Assembly: GCA_964016885.1 (NCBI GenBank)
Contig: OZ024750.1
Span: forward strand, 54,870,001-54,934,000
Source: Eledone cirrhosa
Lineage: Eukaryota
Length of the DNA: 64,000 nucleotides
Direction of reading: 5' to 3'
The position numbers were made by a program, and so were the translations under genes. This document shows positions 29,009 to 41,700 of the stretch, one piece after another (position 1 is the first letter of the stretch; the number at the start of each line of letters is the position of its first letter). The notes below the pieces were generated by a model. That model was given only the letters and a program-made list of their open reading frames with translations, was not told the origin of the DNA and did no database searches.

Positions 29009-29350
29009 TATGGAGGCACATGGCTTAGTGGTTAGAGCATTGGCCTTGCAATCGAAAGGTTGTGGGTTCAATTCTCAGACCAGGTGATGTGTTGTTTCCT
29101 TGAGCAAGACACTTTATTTCACATAGCTCCAGTTTACTCAGCTGTAGAAATGAGATGATAGGACTGGGGGTCCATATCATTCCACTGCAAAGTGGTCGTG
29201 GAGGTGCCACAGCAAAAAAGCACCTAGCACTCACTGTAAATGAGGTTGGAGTTAGGAAGGGCATCCAGCTGTAGAAATCAAGCCAGCATCAGTTCCCGTC
29301 CCACCCTTGCAAGCAGGGAAAAAGTGGACGTAAAATGAAATGATGATGAT
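29009..29350 (+). mobile_element. SINE family 1 copy
   Basis: tggcttagtgg A box, ggttcaattc B box, CORE-like centre, RTE tail. Confidence 0.85.
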
Positions 29351-30109
29351 TGTCTATATGTAGCATATACTCTATATATACACTATTTATATATAGTGTA
29401 TATGTAGCACATACACTATATACATAGTATTTATATATATAGTGTATATTTTGTGTATCATCATTATATCTACTATTCCATGCTTGCAACAGTTGTACAG
29501 GTCTTTCTCAGCATGGCATCTCTCCACTAGATGCGTTCCTTCATCTCTTCCAGTTTTAGCGTTTTGAGTTCGGCTCTCACAACATTTGCCCCTGACTTTC
29601 TTGGTCATCCTCTACTCTGGTTTCCTTCCAAACATAGTTTCTGTAGGGTGGGGCTGAATCACAGCTCAGACTGGAATATAGTGTCTTTCCCTTTCCCTCT
29701 TCCATTACTTACATTGCTTGATTCCTTTTTCTTCTTTTCGTTTCCGTTTCTTAAATATTTTATTACCTTTGATAATGTATTTTGGTTTAATATGAACAGT
29801 TATATAAAATTCCGAATGTTATTTACACAAATCTGAATAAAGATTAGCTTATTGATTGAAAGTGTGAATTGATATAACTGAAGTTGTTTCTGAATGTATT
29901 AAATTATGTAGGGGACTATTAAGTCATGTCACCATCCGGAAAAGGAAACACTGTCAACGACACCACGTACCTGCCATCTTAATTAATTAATCTAATTATA
30001 TTTTATGTAGTAATTATCTCATGTTAAAGTGTAAGTTAATATTGTGTAGATAACATAGAGTGAGCTACATGTTTCAAGATAGGTGTTGCTACATGATTAA
30101 ATATTTCAT

Positions 30110-30360
30110 TTCATGTGAGAAATCTTTTACAGATAGTTTGGTACTTAATAAACATATATGTTTTCAAACTGGAGGAAAGAAACTTCCAGTGTGAAACATG
30201 TTGGACATCTTTTATTCAGAATTCTACTCGTGTTGACCACATAGTCAGACTGCAGAAAAAGGACCTTCCCCAGTGAAACATGTGGGAAATATTTTGTGAC
30301 TAACAGTAACTTAGAAACACACACACTGGGGATAAAACTATTTAACTGTGAACCCTGAGA
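30110..30360 (+). pseudogene. Decayed C2H2 zinc-finger remnant (~3 fingers)
   Basis: tgtgagaaatctttt, ttccagtgtgaaacatgttggacatctttt, gaaacatgtgggaaatatttt..cacactggggataaa with frameshifts. Confidence 0.65.
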
Positions 30361-30576
30361 TACCCTTCCTTTTACCAGTCTAAACTTAATGTCCACCAAC
30401 TTCAAAAATGTAACCATAACACTTCTACAGACACAATTTCTTAAATATGTTTTTAACTGGAATTAAAATACTTTCCATGTCTAACTTTTGTCTTCCTAGA
30501 TTCATTTTTAATGATATAATTGCAAAATTCTTTTTCTTTTTTTTCTTTGTGTGTAACAGCTAAAATTCTGTTATAA

Positions 30577-30920
30577 TGTGTAATTGAGGGACCCTCTATC
30601 ATCTGAGGTAATGATATGTCTTGTCTCTATCACCTGAACTAATGCTGTGTTAGAGGTCAACACCAACATTCCCTGTTGTAATGTGTGATTGAGGGACCCT
30701 CTATCACCTGAACTAATGCTGTATCTTGTCTCAGATCTGTTAGAGGTCAACACCAACATTCCCTGTTGTGGTGTGTAATTGAGAGACTCTATCACCTGAA
30801 TTAATGCTGTCAGTGTCTTGTCTCAGATATGTTAGAGGTCAACACCAACATTCTCTGTTGTGGTGTGTAATTGAGAGACTCTCTATCACCTGAACTAATG
30901 CTGTCAGTGTCTTGTCTCAG
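30577..30920. repeat. Tandem repeat, ~90-bp unit, about 4 copies
   Basis: tagaggtcaacaccaacatt at 30651, 30741, 30833. Confidence 0.85.
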
Positions 30921-32873
30921 AAATATTAGAAAGCAGCACCAACTTTACCACATATTAAACTCATATTGTATGTCATTTAACAAGTGCTGCGTTATGGTTC
31001 AATTATTTAATGACAGCCAATCATATCACAATTATGTGTTTCAAGTGTGCTCATATTTTTGCCTATTATACTTCAGCTAAACTGGGGTACACAATTTTAT
31101 CCAACAGGTTTCAAGTACAGCCTTACAGCTACTGGAGTACACAATTATTTCTGTTGTTGTTACATCCTCACTTTAGTTCTTCAGTTCAACAGTTCAACAT
31201 TTCTTCAGTTCATCAGTTCTACAGTTTTACAGTTCTTCAGTTCAACATTTCTCCAGATCAACAGTTCTCCAGTTCGACATTTCTACAGTTTATTGTGCTT
31301 TATTGTGTTGAAATAGAAATTTACAAATAACTGTTCCTAGTTCAATTCCTTACACATTTAATTGAAGGAGTGTATATGTCTTTTCCTGGTTTTTATATTC
31401 TGTCTTTTTAGCGTAAATCATTTATTAGGTTTTCATAACATATTAAATAAACTATATTTATCTCCTGAAATTCAATCTATTTGTGTTAAGTAAAGAGTTA
31501 CATTTGAGGAATTTGTCCAGTCTGTGATTCCATATTTTTGTTATTTTCCCATCTAAATATCTGTTAAGAACACCATAAGTAATGATATCTTGAAAGTAGT
31601 TAGAAGAAATCAAACACAAACACTTCATTGATATTTGAAATGTTTAAAATTCTATTGAACTTTGTTGTTTTTAAAACTTGTGAGGCCCCAAAGGTTTTAA
31701 TGGCTACTTCAACACATCTCCCTCACTATCTTCCAGGTTAACCCTTTCTCCATTCTGTCCTTAGCCAGGAGCATGAGGCAACTGGTACCTGGGTTTCTGC
31801 AGGCCAGAGAGAATTTTGAGACACTGTCTTGGCTGGTATCATTGGGGTAGTGATAGTATAGGTTACTGAGTGTTGTTAGACACAGTAAATAATGGTATTT
31901 GATGTAGGCACAGGCCCAATAATATTGAGCGTGGGGAAAGTTAAATCAACCTCAATGTATTACTGGTACTTTATTTTATCAACCCCGTATGGATGAAAGG
32001 GAAAGCTACTATCCGCATGATTTGAACTCAGTATGTAACAGGACATAACTATATGATGCAAAGCTTGTTGTCTGACGCTCTACCGATTACTGCCAATTTA
32101 CTGCACTAGCCACACTAAATAAAAGTGTTTTGAGAAATTTGAAGCAACAAACTTGTTAAATCTCTATTTATTTGTAAATTAGGCTCAAGACCACCAATTT
32201 TGGGGGAAGGGCAAAGTTTATTAAATCAACCGTAGTACATATAATATATTTTATCTAGCCTAGAAGAATAAAATATAAAATTTACCTCAGTGGGATTTGA
32301 ACTCAGAATGTTAAAAACCAGGACAAATACTGCAATGGTAGGTTATCTGACACTCTACCAATTCTGTCATTCTACCATCTTTGTTTAAATCTATATTAAA
32401 GTAAATGTAGAATATATTTGTTCTTCTACGATTTGAAATTCTACTGAAATCATCTCAGAACAACACAGTAGTGTTTCAATAAAGCTGTTATTTATTAAAT
32501 CATTTATTTAAACCGTCCGTATCCGGCCAGAATTCTTTGACATTTTCCTGTCTAACTGGCACTAACAAGCCGCTCATGCTGATGTTAAGGTATTGTTCCC
32601 AAAATAAATAATGTCAAAATCTCATAGATTCAATATTTTGTGAGATAATTATGTTTACTGCGAAAATATAATAGTAAATATAGAGTAACGTTAATGATAA
32701 AGGGTTAACTAAACCTAGAAGAAAACCAGACGTTACTGGATATTAATTCAGTGATTAGTGCTAAGGGAGACAACACCGTCTGGCTTAAATTAAGTCCCAG
32801 GTTGGTATGGTCAAGTAAACTTATAATTAAAGGTTTTCCTGCCGTAAAAATAAACTATAATGGCATATGTATA

Positions 32874-32912
<39 letters not shown>

Positions 32913-33373
32913 TTAAAGGTTAAACAACGTTCAATGAATAAATCAAAGAATGAGTTTTACAATAGATTGGAAGCATTCAACAGTTATGGTTTTCCAGAGT
33001 TATATATATATATATAATTGTTTCTACTTTTGGCACAAGGCCAGCAATAGCACCAGTACATTACTGGTACTTTATTTTATCGACGCCGTAAGGATGAAAG
33101 GCAAAGTTGACCTCGGCGGGATTTGAACTCAGAATGGAAAGGGCCGTAACTCTATGCGTCAAAGCATGACGTCCGACCATCTACCAATACTGCCAATCCA
33201 TATTTGATGTGTTTTGATTCATTATTTGAGTATATAACACATCAAATATGTTTGTGTTTCTCAATAAGGAGGCTCAATAGACTTTATCTAGAGCCATAAC
33301 AACCAAATACACAAAGATATATGTATATATATATATATAGAGAGAGAGAGAGACATAACAACCAAATACAAAG

Positions 33374-33408
<35 letters not shown>

Positions 33409-33528
33409 CATAACAACCAAATAAAAAGATATATGTATATATATATATATATATATATAGAAAAAGAGATGAAATCGAAAATGCAACTGGAGTCTTATTT
33501 TTAAAAAAATATATATATTTATTTGGTT

Positions 33529-33566
33529 CCTTTACCGGTTTCGCAGTTCTTCTGCTTTTCAAAAGG
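33529..33566 (-). ncRNA. Minimal hammerhead motif with U3-A8 core
   Basis: cctt TTGAAAA gcag aagaa ctgc GAAA ccgg TA aagg. Confidence 0.8.
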
Positions 33567-33649
33567 TGAGTTGAGATGGAGGGTCTGTGGTTTTTCTCAC
33601 ATCTGAGAATGAGATGTGAGAAAAACCACAGACCCTCCATCTCAACTCA

Positions 33650-33687
33650 CCTTTTGAAAAGCAGAAGAACTGCGAAACCGGTAAAGG
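33650..33687 (+). ncRNA. Minimal hammerhead motif with U3-A8 core
   Basis: cctt TTGAAAA gcag aagaa ctgc GAAA ccgg TA aagg; palindromic stem III ACCGGT, GUA site. Confidence 0.8.
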
Positions 33688-33824
33688 AACCAAATAAATA
33701 TATATATTTTTAAAAAAAATAAGACTCCAGTTGCATTTTCGATTTCATCTCTTTTTCTTTATACTTTCACTCGTGTAGGACACCTCGGTTATTTTTCATT
33801 TTGTAAAAAAACCCTCACTTTCTA

Positions 33825-33856
<32 letters not shown>

Positions 33857-33960
33857 CCATAACAACCAAATATAAAGATATATATATATATAGAGAGAGA
33901 GACATAACAACCAAATACAAAGATATATATATATATAGAGAGAGAGAGAGACATAACAAC

Positions 33961-33999
<39 letters not shown>

Positions 34000-34034
34000 A
34001 TATATATATATAGAGAGAGAGAGAGACATAACCA

Positions 34035-34068
<34 letters not shown>

Positions 34069-34249
34069 CATAACAACCAAATACAAATATATATATATAT
34101 AGAGAGCGAGAAAGACCCATATATCATATATCTTATATGATATTTGGCTCTTTCTCTGTATATATATATATATATACATATATATAACCAAGTGAAAAGA
34201 TATATGTATATATCTTTCCACTTGGTTATATATATATTATAAGAACAGA

Positions 34250-34612
34250 TTAAAGTTTAAGCAAAGAATCACTGCTTTTACCTTGAGATCCTACAAAAAC
34301 ACACACATACTCACCACAACCTCTCCAGACCACAACTCGCTACCCTAAGTTAACCTCAGATCTAAGAACCTTGTATACCTCTCATCGGACAAGGGAAAAG
34401 AGTGTTGTGTTATTACCAGAGAGGCCTACAACAACCGAGCCCACCAACATCTCAACTACGACAGTCTCTACTCGGACGTCACTGGAATTACACCCACACT
34501 AATAGAGAACCAGATCAACACTGCCTGGACCTACATCTTGAAGGCTCCCGAAGAGATTCCGGTAGAATTACATAACAAGAAACACCACACTGCCCAACTT
34601 CTGCCATCTGAT
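34250..34612 (+). mobile_element. Penelope-like element RT N-terminal fragment (DKG motif)
   Basis: From 34352: NLRSKNLVYLSSDKGKECCVITREAYNNRAHQHLNYDSLY...IENQINTAW. Confidence 0.75.
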
Positions 34613-35425
34613 CATTTTACAGGACAGGAAAATGTTATTTTAATCAGAAATCGGTGAACATTTAGTTTTTACTAAATTTTCTTGACTTTATATTTGGTCT
34701 TGAAAACTAAAGTACGTATTATTGCATTTTCCACCACAACACAAACATTGTCAACTTTTCTAGTATCTGAAGTGAAATGTCTTGACATATAACACCTACA
34801 CACATATTTCTACACACACGTCTATATCTCTCTCATACGTACACACTGTATGTCTGTATATATATATATGTATATATATTAACCTTCATCTTTTGAAATT
34901 ATGGATATTAATTCTCTTGTCACCTGAACTGTCCCCAATAACAAGAACCTTAACTATAGAAGTCTTATTCGTTTGTTTTATGAGCTGAGGATTTTACTGT
35001 GAATAGAGCTTCTCTCACCTTAACAGAAATAATAGTGGTATATTCCACAAGAATCATATATATATATATAAAGCACCTAGCACTCACTGTAAATGAGGGG
35101 TTTTTCTCTACTGTGTATTTTCTCGTGTGAGGATAGTTTCAGTCTTGAAGAGAAAGTTTTCCTACAAATCTCACAGCTATATTCAGACATATTTCTAGCT
35201 AGAGATCTTTACATAAAGGAGTCTCACCACTTCTACTGATACTTTAAGAAATGTAGATATGGTTAATAGTTACCATTTAGTCTAATATACTGTGTCCATA
35301 AAAGACTGCAGAACTCCGCTTTCTTCTTCTACAAAGTTGTAATGTAGCATTTAGTTGGTACAAGTAATAAGACATATGACAGCGTAAGACTGATCTTGGA
35401 TGAAGAAAAAGCAAGTGCTTATATA
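34613..35425. pseudogene. Rearranged partial copy of the ZNF 5' region
   Basis: 34613-35070 is a direct copy of ~24748-25215; 35100-35425 is an inverted copy of ~25210-25535 including the ATG and finger 1. Confidence 0.85.
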
Positions 35426-35703
35426 TTTATATGATGATGATGATGATGATATCATCATCATCATCACCGTTTTACGTCCATTCCTCCACGCTAGCATAGG
35501 TTAGACGGGTTGTCCTGTTGTGGGCAGTGTCCGGTCAACTGACCTTGTCTTGCTCATACGGGAACTGATTCTGGCTTGATTTCTACAGCTGGATGCCCTT
35601 CCTAACACCAACCTCATTTACAGTGAGTGCTAGGTGCTTTATATATATATATATATATGATTATTTCTGTTAAGGTGACAGAAGCTCTATTCACAGTAAA
35701 ATC

Positions 35704-38700
35704 CAGGTAGAGTGGCTTACTTTTAGCTAGGTACTTTTCCTGTAACTGCCTCACAAAGGTGAGGACATGAGTGGTGCCTTTTCCTGGTACAAAGCCCAAT
35801 TGCATATCATGTAGTTTCACCCTGTTCCTAATCAACTGTGCTCTAACTCTTTGTTACTTTCATGACCTGGTGCATCACCTTTACCTTTGTATCAGTTGAC
35901 CATGATGCTGCTGCACGAATCGTTTGGTACGACGCCCTTTAGTATTACCTAGTTAACAATACGTGTGGTTATGGTCTGATCTACCGACCCAGATGCCTTG
36001 AGCATCTCGGCAGCTATACCCGATAGACTGGTTGCCTTCCCCGTCTTCATATCTTTGATTGCCATACTACATTGCTGCTGACTTGTTCTGCTAGCCCCTC
36101 TATAGGGTTCACTTTGGGTATGGTATCTTTTTCCCATACATTCTCCTCATTTAGTAATCTTTCATACTGGCTCTTCCACGCATCTTCTCAGCACTTGTGA
36201 GTGCAAGCTGACCATTATCATTCTGGATACACTTTTGTCCAATGACATCACAATTCTCTCTGAAACACTGCCTTGTAATCTGGAACACCTGTTTCTGTTC
36301 CTCGTGTTGCAAAAGATGCTTGAATTTCCTATCCTCTACCTTCCTTCTAGCTAAGTATACTTGTCGCCTAGCTTTGCTCCTGGTCTCTATGTAATGTGCC
36401 CTGTTTTTCCATTCTTTCCATGCCTGTCTCTTAGCCTTAACTGCATCATCTACCATATTGTTCTACCACCAAGTCACTCTCCTCATCCATGTATATATCT
36501 TTTTATCATTATCCTTTTCTCAAATATACACACATGACGACACACATGCAAATATTATGCATGGATATGTTAACTGGTAGCTGGAGAGAGAATAATATAG
36601 ATGATAAAAGTCTATCTTCAGCAACAAGTGCTATATTGTCTCCCATGTTGAAAGATATTATTTTACAATATAAGAACTTGAAACTAAGACTAACTGATGT
36701 ATAGAATAGAAAGACCTAGATGTGAAAAGAAGTGGAAATTGTGCAGATTGAAGATTGAAGATTTGACCGATGTGAAGAAACTGGAAAGATGTGTCTAAAA
36801 GAGTGAAGAATGCAGTCCGTAGAAAAGACATCCCCGAGAGTGAACATTTGAAGCTAGAGCAAGGTTTTAAGAGTTAGAAAGAGTAGTTGTTGATTGTTCC
36901 TGTGAAAAGCAATGAAGTGTAAGCATAACAGACGAGACAAGAATGCAGGCCCACCAGTCGGAGTTAAGCAGCGAAGCAGATGCCAATATAATATTAAATA
37001 TTAGAGAATCAGTTTGTTCTTATTTCATGTTTTATTGTGAAATCGTATTGTTGAAAGCTAAAGACAATATAGCGTTTGTTGAAGATGATCTACTTTGTTT
37101 ATGTATATTACTTTTTATGCAGAAATAAGGAAACATTTGCACAGTCATCATCATCATACGTTCGCTCTCAAGTGTGGGACATGTACTATTGAGCACCGCC
37201 TCTCTCCGCTTATACCGGTCGTTGTTCACGTCGTTGGTGATCGTTAGCGATTTGAGGTCTGCTCTCACCACCGCCGTCTATGTTTTTCCTAGTCTTCCTC
37301 TACTGCGCCTTCCTTCTACTGGAATTTCTTGGCACATGTTTACCCAGCAAACCATCTTATTCTTCTCTCCAGCACTCCACAACTCATACCCATTTTCTCT
37401 CTCAACTCATCTCTGCTCAATGGTTGACGAACATCTAACGGAGCATGCTTCCTTCATTTCTTTGCCAGCCTTGGCATATTCTCTGCAATTGCTGGCCATG
37501 TCTCACTTCTTCCAACCCATCTTTATTAGATACTGTGGCCTCGTAGTAGCCCCCTCTCTTTCTAATCTGCTCATCTATGTAGCGGAAGGTACGAACCACT
37601 TGTATAGAACCCACCTTCATTTGAAAACTGTTTCTATCACTGGTACTTCTACTGTGAAATTTCTCTGTACATGTAGATTCAACTACCTGTTTGCTTGCTA
37701 TCCCACTACATATGTTGTGTACTCCAGATGTGCATTGCGTAGATTTTATAGAATTTATCCCAACTCCTTTTCAACATAGTGAGCATGTTCTCTTTTCTAG
37801 ATTTTTTATTGTCTTCTTGCTTCCAACTACTGTTTCCATAGACATGATTTCTTCTCTAGCTTGTTTACTGATTCTGCTATAAGAACCAGATCGTCATGGA
37901 CAGCCAGTTTTAAACGCATCTGTTACTGACAGCACCTCTACAAAGCGTACACTGCCCTCACAAGACATTCCTCAACACCTAGTTTGGTTAGGCACCACCA
38001 GATGACAGATCATGGTAACCTACCAAAGGAGTTGTCTGTCAAAAAAATTAATTGCTAAGATGGATTACATTGCCACCGGTTATATTTTATATATTTCGTA
38101 AGACTCGTTTGATTAAAAAGCTTAATTTTTTTATTTCTTTTTACTCTGACATTATTAGTTGTAGCTCTGATAAGTTTAGCTAGATTGCTAGCGTTGAAAT
38201 AGTTGCGCTTTAGTTGTGATGTAGGTGTTGCAAGTTCCGGCTGTAAGTCGTGGGGGTGTAGTATATTGTCATGTATGTGTACATATGTCTATGTATGTAT
38301 ACACGTACACATGTTGTTATTGTGTATAGTGTTTTTGTGTTTATACGTCTACAAATGTATATGCAATATTTCAATTAGCAAAGGGAGTTTACTCTTGGAT
38401 ATTTTAATAAAATTACGAGTTGTTTCCCCTCTTATCAGGAAATTTAGTTTGATAAAACTGAATTGTCAAGGCTGGTTGTCTCGGTCAGTGCTAAGCGTCT
38501 GTTGAAGACTAGACATCGAAATTACGATATACAAGTACACACATCCATGCATGGATATGTTGTCAAGTAGCTGGTGTGTGAGAATAATGTAGATAATCAA
38601 AATATATGAACACTCGCTATATTATCTCGCACTTTTATGGATATGTTTTTGCAATATAAGAATAGGAAACGAAGAAAAACTAATTCACTGAATACAGTGT

Positions 38701-41700
38701 GATGCAGGCAAAAGATGTTGAAATTGTGCCGAATTAAGATTGAAAATTTGACCGATGTGAAAGAAGCTGTGGAAAATTTGCATGATGTAGTGAAGAATGC
38801 ATTGGTTAGAAAAGACATCCCCGAGAATAAACAGAAAGAGTAGTTGCGGATTGTTCCAGTGAAAATCAATGAAGTGCAAGCATAACAGATGAGAGAAGCA
38901 TGCAGGCCCAGCAGTTGGAGTTCGCTGCCAAGGAGATGCCAATATAATATAAAATATTAATGCAATCAGATAGTTTATTGATTCCCTGTTTTATTGCAAA
39001 AGCGAATCCTTTAAAGTGCGAGACAATATAGTGTTTGTCGTTGATGTATTTTTATCTATATTACTCTGCGTAAATACGGAAAAATTTATGAGATGCCCGA
39101 CCCTACATAAGCCCACAAACAGACATTCAACAGTAAATATTTAATTGTCCTTTGTTTAAAAAGAAATTTTTTTTCTTAATATAATTGTTTATCTGCTGGA
39201 TTGGTCATTGACCATTTTAGTAGGAGAGGGGATTTTGTTAGTGGTGCGTTACCTTCGCTGACTTAACTCTGAGAAAGAAAAGCAATTATGATATTTTTCT
39301 TTGACTGTATTTAGCCACTGAACAATGGGTGTAGCTCCTTGGAGCAATCCAAGCAGTAACTCGAAGAACCATCGGGTGTAATGACTTTGGCTTTAGGGTT
39401 CGTGTAGAGCAGTGATACTTTTGTATTCCACAAAAATCTTGATCAGGCAGTGACGATAGTCAGAATTATAGGCAATTTGCTTTAGCTCCCTCAAATATCT
39501 TCCTCAGCATCAGGATGTGACCGTTGGTTGATCTTTATCTCTGAAGCTGTTCTGGTTGTTTGAGCTTTTTGTCCATGTAGGACTGGATTCTCTTAAGAAT
39601 CATCCTGTTGGGGGTCTTTGCCACATGTGAGGTCCCCCTGTAGTTGGTGTTAGAGAGATCTGCCTTCTTTGGCAGTGGCACGAAGTTACTGATCTCCACT
39701 GGTTCAGGGCAACTCGTTTCTCCAGTCCCTTTTTACAGAACTGCAAGATATGAAAATCACAACTCTACATGACCTGATGCCACTCGATTTTCTCCATGGG
39801 CCTTGCCCTCCTTTATCTTCTTTTTTTGCTCTCTGAAGCTCCTCTCTGGCAAAGGGTCCTGTCTCAATATGCAGTTTTTGTAACAGCCACCTGATCTGCC
39901 CAGTGTTCTTGGCTGTGGAGGGCATCTCATAGTTGTGTTCTAAAATGGTCAAGCCATTTCCTTTTTCCTATCCTCTGGATCTGTTTCCTTGATCTGACCT
40001 TTCCTCCATGTGATCTCGTTGATCATCCAACTGTCAACCGTTCTCTTAACACTTTAGTGCCTCCTCTCTGGCGTCAGTGTAAGCGGTACAGAGTGCTTCC
40101 CTCATCACCTCCACTGTGTCCATCCTCTCCATAGGATCAGCACAGAATTGGTCCTTGGCAGGCTGCACACACCTTTGGGTCTGCAGAACTGACATGCTTC
40201 CTCTTCTTTCTCCTCAGCATCAGTGTCTCACTTGCTTCTGCTACTGCATTGTTCAAGTACCCGTACCTCTTTGTCAAACTCTCTACATAGAGCACTGAAC
40301 CTCTTCTGTAACTTATGTTCCTTGAAAGTTCCCCAGTCATAGATTATACTGTTGGTGTAGCGTTGCTGTTTCTTAAGCTCACCCGGACCTCACTCATAAC
40401 AAGCATGTGTCCACTGTCCCAGTGCACTGAAATAGTTGTATTTTTCTGTGTTCAGAACACTATTGCGCTGCTTTTTCCTCACCAGAAAGAAATCAATCTA
40501 GGTCTTGGTCCACATCTTCTCTGGATTCTTCCTTAACGTTCGGTTGGTTGCCATCAAGTTGGCATCCAGCATGGTGTCTGTCGGTAGTCTTCCATTTCGG
40601 TTGGTGTTAGGGAATTACCAGCGCGGATCTTCACTGCTCTCCTTACTCAGATGTGCATAGAAGTCCCCCAGAAGAATGTTTTGAGCTTGTGTGGTGTTGA
40701 CAGCTCTACACATCATGAAATTCCTCCGCATTCACATCACTGTCTCCCTTGGTAGGACTATAAGCTGACATCCGGTTTTAAACTCCTGTTATTGCCTGCA
40801 GGACTATGATAAAAAGGAGAGGGCTAAGAACAGCCCTGCAGGTAGACTGGCTTACTTTTAGCTAGGTACTTTTCCTGTAACTGCCTCACAAAGGTGAGGA
40901 CATTTCACCCTGTTCCTAGTCAACTGTGCTCTAACTCTTTGTTAATTTAATGACCTGGTCCATCAGCTTTATACCTCTCTAGTTTCCTCTATCTAGTGCA
41001 TCACCTTTACCTTTGTATCAGTTGACCATGATGCTGCTGCACGAATCGTTTGGTATGACGCCCTTTAGTTTTACCTAGTTAACAATACGTATGGTTATGG
41101 TCTGATCTACCGACCAAGATGCCTTGAGCATCTCGGCAGCTATACCCGATGGACCGGTTGCCTTCCCCGTCTTCATATCTTTGATTGCCATACTACATTG
41201 CTGCTGACTTGTTCTGCTAGCCCCTCTATAGGGTTCACTTTGGGTATGGTATCTTTTTCCCATGCATTCTCCCCATTTAGTAATCTTTCATACTGGCTCT
41301 TCCACGCATCTCCTCAGAAAATTGTGAGTGCAAGCTGAGCTTTATCATTCTGGATACACTTTTGTCCAATGACATCACAATTCTCTCTGACACACTGCCT
41401 CGTAATCTGGAACACCTGTTTCTGTTCCTCGTGTTGCAAAAGATGCTTGAAATTCCTATCCTCTACCTCCCTTCTAGCTAAGTATACTTGTCGCCTAGCT
41501 TCGCTCCTGGTCTCTCTGTAATGTGCCCTGTTTTTCCATTCTTTCCATGCCTGTCTCTTAGCCTTAACTACCTCATCTACCATATTGTTCTACCTCCAAG
41601 TCACTCTCCTCATCCATGTATATATCTTTTTATCATTATCCTTTTCTCAAATATACACACATGACGACACACATGCAAATATTATGCATGGATATGTTAA

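Larger units (their letters stand above)
33459..33758. repeat. Near-perfect palindrome (~146-bp arms, 7-nt loop)
   Basis: 33459-33604 is reverse complementary to 33612-33758. Confidence 0.95.
33288..34105. repeat. Compound minisatellite (GA)n-cataacaaccaaata-(TA)n interrupted by a hairpin element
   Basis: Unit seen about 9 times. Confidence 0.85.

Noticed and set aside
29009-29085. tRNA gene
   Set aside because: It is the tRNA-derived head of a SINE; no acceptor stem and it continues into core and tail
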